Counted from the first letter of the whole stretch, positions 9,401 through 19,250 are shown. The stretch is 59,148 bases of DNA, filler included, from Candidatus Woesearchaeota archaeon (GCA_018399355.1; 5 parts of 5 records of this genome joined end to end with filler, not necessarily neighbours in it), one strand, 5' to 3'. Notes: generated by a model not told the origin, from the sequence alone. Made by a program: numbers and translations.

Positions 9401-9455
9401 ACCCTAAAAAGATTAACCAAAATTATTTAAATGTTCTCTTTTTAATTATATCAAG

Positions 9456-9902
9456 ATGTTGTCTCATAATATCTGCATAAGTGTTTTTTCAAAGCCAGAG
9501 GATAATAAAGAAAATATAAAAAACAGCCTTATTTCTCTTTTTCCATTTAATTTAAAAGATGAAAAAATAGAGCTTAAATCAAAAAAATGCCTTGGCTTTA
9601 ATGAAAGGGAAATAATAATCTTTGAGGTTGTTCTTGAAAAAGAAAAGCACATAAACAAGTTTCTTAAATCTCTTAACGAAAAGCTATCTAAAGAACAAAA
9701 ACAGCTTTTGATAAATCAGATTGAATCAAGACTTGATAATGATTTGAATTTCTTTTTAAGGCTTGACAAAGAAAAACTAATCAATGAGAAACTATTATGG
9801 ATAACAGATAGCGGCAACTGTTATCACATTAAAATTAAGATATCTGCATTTCCAAACAAAAAACAGATTGCAGCTAGAAACATTGAAAAAATGTTTAGCT
9901 AA
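9456..9902 (+). CDS. predicted exosome-associated RNA-binding protein (COG1325-like)
   Basis: PEDNKENI, GFNEREIII, FFLRLDK...DSGNCYHIKIKISAFP. Confidence 0.7.
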   Translation: MLSHNICISVFSKPEDNKENIKNSLISLFPFNLKDEKIELKSKKCLGFNEREIIIFEVVLEKEKHINKFLKSLNEKLSKEQKQLLINQIESRLDNDLNFFLRLDKEKLINEKLLWITDSGNCYHIKIKISAFPNKKQIAARNIEKMFS

Positions 9903-9941
9903 GCAAAACCTTTAAATAATCATAATCGCTTGTTTTTAAAA

Positions 9942-11066
9942 ATGGCAGAAGATTTTGTGGTTACACCATGGGAAGTGCAGGGAGAGGTTGATTACAATAA
10001 GCTGATAAAGCAGTTTGGCACAAAGCCTCTTACAGAAAGCATAATAAAAAGAATTGAAAAACATACTGGCGAACTGCATTACATGCTCAGAAGGAAAATA
10101 TTTTTTTCTCATCGTGACCTCGATGTTCTTTTAAATGATTATGAAAAAGGGAAAAAGTTTGCCTTGTACACAGGAAGAGGTCCTTCAGGAAATACGCATC
10201 TTGGCCACATAATACCCTGGATTTTTACCAAATGGCTTCAGGATAAATTTGATGTTCCTTTATATTTTCAGATCACAGATGATGAAAAGTTTTTGTGTAA
10301 GCCAAACTTAACATTAAAACAAACACATGAGATGGGATATGACAATGCGCTTGAGTTAATTGCTCTTGGATTTGACCACAAGAAAACCTTCATCATAGTT
10401 GATACAGACTATTCAAAAACCCTTTACAACAACGCAATAAAAGTTGCAAAAAAAGTTACTGCCTCAAATGCAAGGGCGGTATTTGGCTTTACAAATGAGA
10501 CAAATATAGGAATGTACTTATGGCCTGCTATGCAGGCAGTGCCCTGCTTTCTGCCTTCTATTTTAACAGGGGAAAAAATAAGAACGTTGATTCCGGCAGC
10601 AATTGACCAGGATCCTTACTGGAGAATTGCAAGGGATGTTGCTCCCAAGCTTGGCTATCCTAAAACAGCTGCAATACACAATGTGTTTTTGCCTTCACTT
10701 ACAGGACCAAGAGGAAAGATGTCAACTTCAACAAACATGGAATCAACAATATTCACGACAGATGATGAAAAAACAGTGAGAAAAAAAGTCATGAAATATG
10801 CCTTTTCTGGAGGAAAAGACACTGTTGAAGAGCACAGGAAGCACGGCGGAAATCCAGATATAGACTCTTCATACCAGTGGCTCAGGTTTTTTGAGGAAGA
10901 TGATAAAAAATTAAAAAAAATATACGAAGATTATAAGTCAGGAGGATTACTCTCAGGAGAGTTAAAGCAGATACTTGTTGACAAACTTAATAATTTCCTT
11001 GCAAAGCACCAAAAAAACAAGGAAAAAGCAAGAGACAAGCTTGATAAATTTTTGCTTAAAGATTAA
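9942..11066 (+). CDS. trpS: tryptophan--tRNA ligase (archaeal/eukaryotic type)
   Basis: VTPWEV, YTGRGPSGNTHLGH, IDQDPYWR, KMSTS, KYAFSGG. Confidence 0.96.
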   Translation: MAEDFVVTPWEVQGEVDYNKLIKQFGTKPLTESIIKRIEKHTGELHYMLRRKIFFSHRDLDVLLNDYEKGKKFALYTGRGPSGNTHLGHIIPWIFTKWLQDKFDVPLYFQITDDEKFLCKPNLTLKQTHEMGYDNALELIALGFDHKKTFIIVDTDYSKTLYNNAIKVAKKVTASNARAVFGFTNETNIGMYLWPAMQAVPCFLPSILTGEKIRTLIPAAIDQDPYWRIARDVAPKLGYPKTAAIHNVFLPSLTGPRGKMSTSTNMESTIFTTDDEKTVRKKVMKYAFSGGKDTVEEHRKHGGNPDIDSSYQWLRFFEEDDKKLKKIYEDYKSGGLLSGELKQILVDKLNNFLAKHQKNKEKARDKLDKFLLKD

Positions 11067-11080
11067 AAAGAGGTGTTAAA

Positions 11081-11278
11081 ATGAAAAAAACAAAAAAGCC
11101 AGTTTTTCAGCCATTGCCAGGAACATTTATGATGATGGGAATCATCGGTTTTACAGTTTCTTTGATATATACTATATCAGGAAGGATTGATCCAAGTTGG
11201 GGAGTATCATTTATCATTGTATTCCTGGTAATTGTATTGGCATCTATAAAGTCAATGACTCCTCCTGCAAAAATTTAG
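11081..11278 (+). CDS. small two-TM membrane protein
   Basis: GAGGTG SD; two hydrophobic helices. Confidence 0.7.
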   Translation: MKKTKKPVFQPLPGTFMMMGIIGFTVSLIYTISGRIDPSWGVSFIIVFLVIVLASIKSMTPPAKI

Positions 11279-12594
11279 AACTCAAAACTTTTTTTCTTTT
11301 TTTTCAGGGCAGTTGGAGCTTCTCCGCCGTGCCATGTTATTCTGGGCCTTACCATCATTGGATAAATCTTTTCATTTGTGTCGTCAAATATCAGTGCAGC
11401 GCCCTTAACACGGGGCAAGTCATTAAGCTGTGTATCAAGGCCCTTCCTCATGTAGCTTTGCATTAATGCACTTAATGCATCAATATCCACCTTTGCAGTT
11501 ACTCTGTGTGATATTACTGTATCTGACTGAGTCATCACATCACGATGAATCTGCCCTGGCTGTTGGGACGCCAATACCAATGATATTCCTGGCTGCCTGC
11601 CTTCTCTCAATATAGTTATAAGGGCGTTGCTTGCTGATGTCTTGCCCTCTTTTGGAAGAAACTCATGAGCCTCATCCACCATCAGCCACACCATAGGCTT
11701 TTTATCTTTTTCAGGAATTTCCTCATCAAACAAAGTTGTTACATTTTTTATTGCCTCATATTCCTCTGTTCTTCTTGCAACCATCCTTTCCCTGAAAAGC
11801 TTTTGCGCAACAAGGCCAATAACCAAAGCGCTTATGTTTTTGCTTCCCGGCAGTGTGGCATAACAGCTAACATCAAGAACAGTTATTTTTCCGGGCAGGA
11901 TAAGGTCATTTAATGATGTTCCTTTATCACTGAATAACCCCCACTTTTTTGCCGCCTCAAATCTGTTCTGTACAGAATCCTTAACACTATAATCAAACTT
12001 TTTGTTGTTTTTTATTTCATTTATTATATCATCCATTGAAAAATTCTTTTTTCTCTCTTTTAAGTCAGTTATAACTCTTTCTATTAATACTCCCATAGGG
12101 GTATTTATTGGTATTTCAAATGTCATGCACCAATCAGAAGAGTCAAATTCAGATGGAAGGATTGAAAAAGCATAATCTGTAGGTATTCCTTTTTCCTTAA
12201 ATTCCTTGTAATACCCTGTTGGAGTGAATATTTTGACATCAAACCCAGCTGGCTTTATTTCCCATTCATCAAGAAGAGCTTCATCTTTTTTGTTTGCATA
12301 CTTCATAGTCCAGTATATTCCCATGGTGTCAAGAATTATAACACTGAGGTTGTTTGCTATTTCTTCAGGAAGAGTTGCCATTCCTTCTGCTATAACCCCT
12401 AAGGTATAGGATTTTCCGCTGCCCCTTTTTCCACATACAAAAACAACATGAGACCTTATAACATCAAGGTGTATGGGGTTGTAAAGCGAAGTAGTCTGCC
12501 CCATTTTTACGAACTGCTTTCCAAGAAGTATTGTCCCGTCAAGATTGAATTTCTTCCTGTCTTTTTCATTTCGTCCAATGATTATCTCATACAT
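11275..12594 (-). CDS. HerA/FtsK-superfamily ATPase (DUF87)
   Basis: GKRGSGKS Walker A, ILDTMGIY, MVDEAHEF Walker B, REGRQPGISLVLASQQP; start placed at MYEII. Confidence 0.9.
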   Translation of the reverse strand: MYEIIIGRNEKDRKKFNLDGTILLGKQFVKMGQTTSLYNPIHLDVIRSHVVFVCGKRGSGKSYTLGVIAEGMATLPEEIANNLSVIILDTMGIYWTMKYANKKDEALLDEWEIKPAGFDVKIFTPTGYYKEFKEKGIPTDYAFSILPSEFDSSDWCMTFEIPINTPMGVLIERVITDLKERKKNFSMDDIINEIKNNKKFDYSVKDSVQNRFEAAKKWGLFSDKGTSLNDLILPGKITVLDVSCYATLPGSKNISALVIGLVAQKLFRERMVARRTEEYEAIKNVTTLFDEEIPEKDKKPMVWLMVDEAHEFLPKEGKTSASNALITILREGRQPGISLVLASQQPGQIHRDVMTQSDTVISHRVTAKVDIDALSALMQSYMRKGLDTQLNDLPRVKGAALIFDDTNEKIYPMMVRPRITWHGGEAPTALKKKKKSFEF

Positions 12595-12678
12595 AACCAA
12601 AATAAAGAAACCTTTAATATAAATATTTGTTGGATTTAACAACAAGATTTATAAAGTGTTTTTGTTTTAGTATTAAAA

Positions 12679-13251
12679 ATGGCAACTAAAAAAGATTTTG
12701 AAAATATGAGGAAAGAGCTTAAAAATTTTGAAAAGCATCGTGAGATTGTTATCAGCAAATCAAGAGAAGTGATACAGCTATCTAAAAAAATTATATATGC
12801 AGTCCACAGGTCAGATATAAAACTTGCTGAGAAACATTTAAAGGAAATTAAAGTTAAAGTGAATGAGCTTGATAAGGAAGTTTGCAAAAGTCCAGAGCTT
12901 GTTTATAATGGCCCATACAAGGTTGCAGTGCAGGAGTTTGTTGAAGCAGCATGCTATCTTGAATTTGTTAAAACTAAAGAAATTCCTTCTGCAAAACAGC
13001 TTAAGGTTAACACAGAAAGCTATATAGCAGGAATATGTGATTTAACAGGAGAGCTTGTCAGAAAGGCAATAAATTCTGCAATAAACAATGATTATGAACA
13101 AGCTTTGTTTATAAAAAATTTTGTCAATGATCTGTATAATGAGTTAATGCTTTTTGACTTCAGAAATGAATTAAGAAGAAAGTTTGATTCAATAAAATAC
13201 GATTTAAAGAAACTGGATGATGTTGCGCTTGGAATAAAGCTGAAAAAATGA
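12679..13251 (+). CDS. translin/TRAX-family protein
   Basis: SKKIIYAVHR, QEFVEA, YIAGICDLTGELVRKAIN, LRRKFD. Confidence 0.88.
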   Translation: MATKKDFENMRKELKNFEKHREIVISKSREVIQLSKKIIYAVHRSDIKLAEKHLKEIKVKVNELDKEVCKSPELVYNGPYKVAVQEFVEAACYLEFVKTKEIPSAKQLKVNTESYIAGICDLTGELVRKAINSAINNDYEQALFIKNFVNDLYNELMLFDFRNELRRKFDSIKYDLKKLDDVALGIKLKK

Positions 13252-13475
13252 TAGACAAAACCAAGATAAAAAAACAAATTGAGAAGGTAATGCATGATTT
13301 TATTAAAGAGCTTAACAAGGCAGAGGGAGTTAAGCAGGATTTTGGCTCTGAAAGAGATAAGTCAACAAGGGATGTTATAAAAAAAGATCAAGACAAAGAT
13401 TTCAGAAAACTGATGTTTGAAAATGCCCCTAAAAAAAATCAAGATTTTATTTTAATGGAAAAAAAACACTGGTAG
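13248..13475 (+). CDS. gatC: Asp/Glu-tRNA amidotransferase subunit C (archaeal type)
   Basis: FRKLMFENAPKKNQDFILMEKKHW C-terminus; immediately upstream of gatA. Confidence 0.75.
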   Translation: MIDKTKIKKQIEKVMHDFIKELNKAEGVKQDFGSERDKSTRDVIKKDQDKDFRKLMFENAPKKNQDFILMEKKHW

Positions 13476-13480
13476 TTCTT

Positions 13481-14842
13481 ATGATAAAAGAAAAGATTGA
13501 AAAATTAAAAAAACAAGAGATTACTTCAAAGCAAAACATAGAATCATTTCTAAAGGTTATAAAAGAAAAAAACAAAGAGATTAATGCATTTCTTTATGTT
13601 AACAAGGGTGCAGTTAAGCAGGCTGAGATTGTTGATGAAAAGATAAAAAATGGAAAGGCAGGAAAGCTTGCCGGGCTTGCAATTGCAGTCAAATCAAATA
13701 TAAATGTTAAGGGAATGCCTGTTAACTGCGCATCAAAAACACTTGAGAACTATAATGCAACATTTGATGCAGATGTGATAAAAAAGATAAAACAGGAAGA
13801 TGGGATAATAATTGGCATGACAAATATGGATGAGTTTGCCTGCGGAATGTCAGGAACAAGCTCTGCATTCGGAAAAACAATAAATCCTAAGTGTCATGAA
13901 AGAATTCCAGGAGGATCTTCATCGGGCTCAGGAGCAGCAGTTGCAGCTGATATGTGCGATATTGCGCTTGGCTCTGATACCGGCGGTTCTATAAGAAGCC
14001 CTGCATCTAACTGTGGTGTAATTGGTGTAAAGCCTTCTTATGGAAGAGTTTCAAGATATGGATTAATTGATTTGGCAATGAGCTTCGACCAAATTGGTCC
14101 ATTAGGTAATGATGTTTACGGCTGTGCATTAATGATGGAGGTTATCTCAGGAAAAAGTGATTATGATGCTATAAGCTTTGACAAACCAGTTGAAAAATAC
14201 ACTAAGTTCAATAAAATTGAAGAAATAAAGATAGGGATAAGCCCAGAATTTAAGGATATGTGCGATGACAAGCGCATATATGAAATTTTTGAAAATCTCA
14301 CTAAAAAATTTGCAGAGAAAACAAAATCAAGAATAATAGAAAAAAACCTTAAACATGTCAAACTTGCTGTTCAGGCATACTACCCAATAGTTTATGTTGA
14401 GTTTTTCTCAGGAACAAGAAAATTTGACGGGAGAAAGTACGGAAAGAAAATAGAGGAAAGCTGCGGAGAGGAAGTGTTGAAGAGAATAATAGGCGGAAAG
14501 GAAATGTCTAAAGCAGAGCACGAGGGAACTTATTACAGAAAGGCATTAAGGGTTAAGGATTTGATAAGGCAGGATTTTGAAAATGCATTCAGGGAAGTTG
14601 ATGTTTTAATAACTCCTGTTGTTCCGGCTATTCCTCCAAAAATTGGCAAAGAGATAACACCTGAAGTTATGTATTTCTTTGATGCACTGACAGTTCCTGC
14701 AAACCTTGCAGGAATATGCTCTGGAGTTGTTAATGGAGAAATAATTGACAATGTCCCTGTTGGAGTGCAGATATCTGTTCCTTCATTCAAGGAAAAGCTT
14801 TTGTTTGATGTAATGAAAACTTGGCAAGATTTAAATACCTAA
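13481..14842 (+). CDS. gatA: Asp/Glu-tRNA amidotransferase subunit A
   Basis: Amidase signature TNMDEFACG, PGGSSSGS, GSDTGGSIR; FDGRKYG, EVLKRIIGG, YYRKA. Confidence 0.92.
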   Translation: MIKEKIEKLKKQEITSKQNIESFLKVIKEKNKEINAFLYVNKGAVKQAEIVDEKIKNGKAGKLAGLAIAVKSNINVKGMPVNCASKTLENYNATFDADVIKKIKQEDGIIIGMTNMDEFACGMSGTSSAFGKTINPKCHERIPGGSSSGSGAAVAADMCDIALGSDTGGSIRSPASNCGVIGVKPSYGRVSRYGLIDLAMSFDQIGPLGNDVYGCALMMEVISGKSDYDAISFDKPVEKYTKFNKIEEIKIGISPEFKDMCDDKRIYEIFENLTKKFAEKTKSRIIEKNLKHVKLAVQAYYPIVYVEFFSGTRKFDGRKYGKKIEESCGEEVLKRIIGGKEMSKAEHEGTYYRKALRVKDLIRQDFENAFREVDVLITPVVPAIPPKIGKEITPEVMYFFDALTVPANLAGICSGVVNGEIIDNVPVGVQISVPSFKEKLLFDVMKTWQDLNT

Positions 14843-14860
14843 AAGTATTCTTTATTCTGG

Positions 14861-15394
14861 GTGGTTGAGATGGATTTAACTGGAAAATCAGTTGTTATGA
14901 TAATTGCTCCTGAAAATTTTAGGGATGAGGAGCTTCTTGATACAAAAGAAGTGCTTGAAGACCATGGTGTTGATGTTACTGTTGCATCAAAAAATGTTGA
15001 AAAGGCAACCGGCTCTCTTGGAGCAGAAGTTGATGTTGATAAAGATATAATTGATGTTAAAGTTAATGATTATGATGCAGTAGTTTTTGTTGGAGGTCCA
15101 GGAACAAACATTTATTTTAATGATGAGACAGCTTTGGGCATAGCAAGAGATTTTTATGAACTTGGAAAAATAACTGCTGCAATCTGCATCGCTCCGGTGA
15201 TACTTGCAAATGCAGGTGTTTTAGATGGAAAAAAAGCAACAGTTTTTCCGTCAGGAAAGGATGATATTATGTCAAGAGGAGCTGATTACACAGGAGAGCA
15301 GGTTACACAGGACGGAAAGGTTATAACTGGAAATGGTCCTGCTGCCGCAAGAAATTTTGGTGAGTTAATTGCAAAAGAGCTTTCAAGAGAGTGA
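14861..15394 (+). CDS. DJ-1/PfpI-family protein
   Basis: NFRDEEL, YDAVVFVGGPG, AAICIAP, ITGNGP. Confidence 0.92.
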   Translation: MVEMDLTGKSVVMIIAPENFRDEELLDTKEVLEDHGVDVTVASKNVEKATGSLGAEVDVDKDIIDVKVNDYDAVVFVGGPGTNIYFNDETALGIARDFYELGKITAAICIAPVILANAGVLDGKKATVFPSGKDDIMSRGADYTGEQVTQDGKVITGNGPAAARNFGELIAKELSRE

Positions 15395-15398
15395 TAAT

Positions 15399-16028
15399 AT
15401 GTTATTGGGAAAAACAAAAATAGAATGGCTTGGACACGCAGGATTTAAGATAAAAGGTGAAAATGTTATTTACATTGACCCTTATAATATTCAGCCAGAA
15501 GAAAAGGCAGATATTATTTTGATTACTCACGGGCATTATGACCACTGCAGTGTTGATGATATCAAAGGGTTGATAAAAGAAGGAACATTTATTTTGGCAA
15601 CAACAGACTGCTCAAGCAAGCTTTCTAATTTTCAGGGAATAAAAGTACAGCCAGTAAAACCAGGAAAGAAGTTTGAGGTCCTTGGATTAAGGATAGAGAC
15701 AGTTCCAGCTTACAATATCAATAAAAACTTTCATGAGAAGTCAAATGAATGGGTTGGTTATGTTGTTGAGATGGATGGAAAAAGAATCTATCATGCAGGA
15801 GACACTGATTTTATTCCTGAGATGAAAGAAATAAAAAATATTGATGTTGCACTATTGCCTGTTGGCGGCACTTATACAATGGACGCAAATGATGCAGCAA
15901 AAGCTGTTAATGCAATAAGGCCAAAAGTTGCTGTTCCAATGCATTATGGAAGCATAGTTGGGACAGAAAGCGATGCAAAGAAGTTCAAAGATTTATGTAA
16001 TTGTGAAGTTGAGATAATGGAGCATTAA
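15399..16028 (+). CDS. MBL-fold metallo-hydrolase (Lactamase_B_3/UlaG-like)
   Basis: WLGHAGF, IDPY, THGHYDH, YHAGDT, LPVGGTYTM, PMHYG. Confidence 0.92.
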   Translation: MLLGKTKIEWLGHAGFKIKGENVIYIDPYNIQPEEKADIILITHGHYDHCSVDDIKGLIKEGTFILATTDCSSKLSNFQGIKVQPVKPGKKFEVLGLRIETVPAYNINKNFHEKSNEWVGYVVEMDGKRIYHAGDTDFIPEMKEIKNIDVALLPVGGTYTMDANDAAKAVNAIRPKVAVPMHYGSIVGTESDAKKFKDLCNCEVEIMEH

Positions 16029-16054
16029 TTATTATAATTAAAGATATAAAATAG

Positions 16055-16360
16055 TTATTTTATATTGAAACAATAACAATTACACTGGCCTTTATTTCCA
16101 CAATGTGCTGATTTTGCAATCCCAAAAGGCCCTCTTATAAGGCATGGACCTAAGTTTTCTATTTTTTCATAATCTGGGTATCCTTCAAAATCTTCTTCCA
16201 TACTTCCATCTACTTCCTTGGGCCATTTACAATCACCATCTCCATAACCTTTTTTTAAACATGCTGATTTACATTGATCGATGCTTCTGTAAGTACTACA
16301 ACCACTTAGGATAAACAAACTGATTAACAAAAAGAATAAAACAACAATATTTCTATTCAT
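16055..16360 (-). CDS. small Cys-rich putative lipoprotein
   Basis: Signal peptide with an LSGC lipobox, then 8 further Cys; AGGTGA SD. Confidence 0.75.
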   Translation of the reverse strand: MNRNIVVLFFLLISLFILSGCSTYRSIDQCKSACLKKGYGDGDCKWPKEVDGSMEEDFEGYPDYEKIENLGPCLIRGPFGIAKSAHCGNKGQCNCYCFNIK

Positions 16361-16488
16361 TATGCATCACCTAATTACATTAAAATCATAATACATATAA
16401 AAATTTATCTTTCTTTAATTTTGTATTTTCATTGGCCACTGGACATTTCCGCATTAATGTTTTAAACTAAATTCTATTTCTTTTTTTT

Positions 16489-17592
16489 ATGAACAGAACA
16501 GCGACAGTTAATCTGCCCTTGCACGGTGGAAAAGCGCCAAGATGGCTTTTTGGACGCATGGTTAAGATGTCTTCTGCAATAACAAGTGCGATTGTGGACG
16601 AATACGGCCAGAACGAATTCATAAAGAGAATCTCAAATCCATACTGGTTTCAGGCCTTAAGCTGCGTCCTTTCGTACGATTGGCATTCAAGCGGCACTAC
16701 AACAGTTACATGCGGGGCTTTAAAAGAGGCATTAAAAAATAAAAATATAGGATTATTTATCGCTGGCGGAAAAGGCAAGACTTCAAGAAAAACACCAACT
16801 GAGATTGAAAAATTCTCTGAAAATACTGGCTTATCAACATTGAAGATTGAAAGAATGAAATACTCAAGCAAAATGTCTGCAAAAGTTGATTCTGCTGTTT
16901 TGCAGGACAATTATAATCTTTATCATCATTGTTTCTTTTTTACTGAAAAAGGAAAATGGTCAGTAGTTCAACAGGGAATGAATAATTTAAATAATTATGC
17001 AAGAAGATACCACTGGCTTTCTGATTCTTTTAAAAGTTTTGTTGATTCTCCCCAGAATGCAGTGTGCTGTGATTTAAGAGAAGATAAAGCTTTGAACATG
17101 AGTGCCAATGAAAGCAGAAAAGCAAGAAAAACATCTGTTGATATCATAAAGGATAATCCAAAACATCTTGAGAAATATTTTAAGCCTTCTGTGCAGAGAA
17201 CTCTTTTTAATTTTAACACACATGCCATAGAATTCACAATGCCACCACATCATGAGATTTCTGATATGGCCAATATAAACCTTAAAACACTGCAGAAAGC
17301 ATATGAAATCCAGCCAAAGAATTATGAGGAATTGGTTGCAATTAAGGGTGTTGGGCCAAAAACAGTAAGAAGCTTAGCTTTAATTTCAAGTTTAGTTTAC
17401 GGCGATGAAGTAAGCTGGGAAGATCCTGTAAAATATTCTTTTGCACATGGCGGAAAAGACAGAATTCCATATCCTGTTGACAAGCAATTAATGGATTCCT
17501 CCACAGAAACATTAAGAAACGCAATAAGACAGTCAAGGATGGGCCAAAAAGACAAAACAAACGCATTAAAGAAATTAAGCAGTTTCTATTAA
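16489..17592 (+). CDS. DUF763-family protein (contains a HhH motif)
   Basis: LPLHGGKAPRWLF, DWHSSGTTT, ARRYHW, KGVGPKTVRSLAL, DPVKYSFAHGGKD. Confidence 0.9.
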   Translation: MNRTATVNLPLHGGKAPRWLFGRMVKMSSAITSAIVDEYGQNEFIKRISNPYWFQALSCVLSYDWHSSGTTTVTCGALKEALKNKNIGLFIAGGKGKTSRKTPTEIEKFSENTGLSTLKIERMKYSSKMSAKVDSAVLQDNYNLYHHCFFFTEKGKWSVVQQGMNNLNNYARRYHWLSDSFKSFVDSPQNAVCCDLREDKALNMSANESRKARKTSVDIIKDNPKHLEKYFKPSVQRTLFNFNTHAIEFTMPPHHEISDMANINLKTLQKAYEIQPKNYEELVAIKGVGPKTVRSLALISSLVYGDEVSWEDPVKYSFAHGGKDRIPYPVDKQLMDSSTETLRNAIRQSRMGQKDKTNALKKLSSFY

Positions 17593-18284
17593 CTATTTTT
17601 TAAAATTATTATATTCCCTTTGCCTCTTTTTATCTTTTTGATTTTGTTATCATTTTCAAGCTCTGTGAGGATCAAGCTAATTGAGGCCTCTGACATTGAA
17701 AAGTTTTTTCTTATGTCTCTTTGCGTTATTCTTCCTCCACTTTGCTTTATGAAATCATAGATTTTCTCCTTTGGATTTTCTTCTTCAGAAAATATTCTGC
17801 TTTCAGGCTTTTTTCGTTTTTTCATTAAAAAAATAAGTATCACAATAATAAAAAATAAAAACACTGCTAGATAAATCCAACTAAAATGTTCTTCCTCATC
17901 TTCTTCATAGGGGTTTTCTATTTTTATCTCTTCCCCCAATAAAAGAAGCTCTTTTTCTTCTGACAAATCCAAAAAAAGCAAAAGATCAAGCACATACCTT
18001 CCTGTTTCAACTATCTTTATCTTCTCTTCGACTGAATAAACATTGTAATTGCTTGTGTAAACCGCTTCTATAACATATTCGCCTATAGGAAGGTCAAAAG
18101 AATAATCACCTTCCTTGGAAACTATTGTCTGCTTTGGCGTTGAGTTAACTTCTATTATTGCCCCCTTGGCAGGATTTAAAGACATGTCATATACAGTACC
18201 ATATATCTCAGCTGCATTAACAGATGGAACTAATATTACTACAAATAGTAAGAATAATGGAATAAAACACCTCTTTTTTTCCAT
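17589..18284 (-). CDS. membrane-anchored winged-HTH transcriptional regulator (COG2512-like)
   Basis: Signal peptide, extracellular beta-sandwich (IYGTVYD...GDYSFDLPIGEY), single TM, then wHTH GGRITQRDIRKNFSMSEASISLILTELE...KRGKGNIIIL. Confidence 0.85.
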   Translation of the reverse strand: MEKKRCFIPLFLLFVVILVPSVNAAEIYGTVYDMSLNPAKGAIIEVNSTPKQTIVSKEGDYSFDLPIGEYVIEAVYTSNYNVYSVEEKIKIVETGRYVLDLLLFLDLSEEKELLLLGEEIKIENPYEEDEEEHFSWIYLAVFLFFIIVILIFLMKKRKKPESRIFSEEENPKEKIYDFIKQSGGRITQRDIRKNFSMSEASISLILTELENDNKIKKIKRGKGNIIILKNS

Positions 18285-18349
18285 AATAACTGTTTATCTT
18301 GTTAAATATAAAAATCTTTCTGTGTTTAATACTTTAATGAATTCTGCTG

Positions 18350-18433
18350 TTTTAAAGTGTATTAAAGCATTCTAAAGCATTCTCAGTTATTTTTAACACT
18401 TAATTTTAAAGCGTAAAAAAGCATGTTTATAAA
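18350..18433 (+). promoter_or_regulatory. array of direct repeats next to a TATA box in the divergent promoter
   Basis: TTTTAAAGTGTATTAAAGCAT (18350-18370) vs TTTTAAAGCGTAAAAAAGCAT (18404-18424), 18/21 identical; TAAAGCATTC twice in tandem (18363-18382); TTTATAAA at 18426-18433. Confidence 0.55.
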
Positions 18434-18478
18434 TTAAAAATACAGTATTCTCTTATTAAACATATTGGAGGTTTGAAA

Positions 18479-19207
18479 ATGAAAAACAAAATAGCATTTT
18501 TTATGACAGCATTGCTTTTGTTAATTATTGCACCAATGGCTTTTGCTGCACAAGGAGAATCTGGCAGTCAGGATGTTGTTGTAACTTCTGGAGAAGGGGC
18601 AGCTGGAGAGGATAATCCTCAGGTTCAGCAGCAGGTTAATGAAGAACAGCAGACACAAAATGAAGGTGAAGAACAAGTAATGGTTCAGCAAAACCAGCAG
18701 GTAAGGGCTCAGACAAAATCACAGCTTAGCGAAATGATTCAGCAAAAACAACAGAGAATGAATCAGGAGCTTGAGCAAAAGGATGAGAAAGAGCAGAATG
18801 TTTACCAAAACCAAAATAGAGTAAGATTGGCTGTGCATTCACTCCTTGCAATGGAGGATTTAGCTGGAGGCATTGGCGAAGAAGTTTCCCAGATTGCACG
18901 CCAGTTTAATAATTCTGTCCAGGCAACAATAAACGCAGAGGAAAAAATACAAAGAAGAAGCGCATTTGCAAGATTTTTTGCAGGCGGAGATTCAGAATCA
19001 GCAGAAGAACTTGAACAGCAGGTAAATCAAAATAAGCAAAGAATACAGGAACTAAAACAGCTTCATGAGCAATGCGATTGTGATGAAGAAGTAAAGACAA
19101 TGATGCAGGAGCAGATACAGAGTATGGAGCAGGAGCAAAACAGGTTAGAGGGACTTGCGCAAAAAGAAAAGAAAAGCAAGGGATTATTTGGATGGCTTTG
19201 GAAATAA
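18479..19207 (+). CDS. secreted Gln-rich coiled-coil protein of unknown function
   Basis: Signal peptide ending PMAFA, Q/E-rich N-region, helical core, C-terminal KGLFGWLWK; GGAGG SD. Confidence 0.8.
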   Translation: MKNKIAFFMTALLLLIIAPMAFAAQGESGSQDVVVTSGEGAAGEDNPQVQQQVNEEQQTQNEGEEQVMVQQNQQVRAQTKSQLSEMIQQKQQRMNQELEQKDEKEQNVYQNQNRVRLAVHSLLAMEDLAGGIGEEVSQIARQFNNSVQATINAEEKIQRRSAFARFFAGGDSESAEELEQQVNQNKQRIQELKQLHEQCDCDEEVKTMMQEQIQSMEQEQNRLEGLAQKEKKSKGLFGWLWK

Positions 19208-19250
19208 GCCATCTTTTTTATTTAATTAATAATGATGAGGGAGACATAAA

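Noticed and set aside
11275..12594. HerA as an anti-phage system (SIR2-HerA or nuclease-HerA)
   Set aside because: No effector gene is adjacent; the neighbours are housekeeping genes
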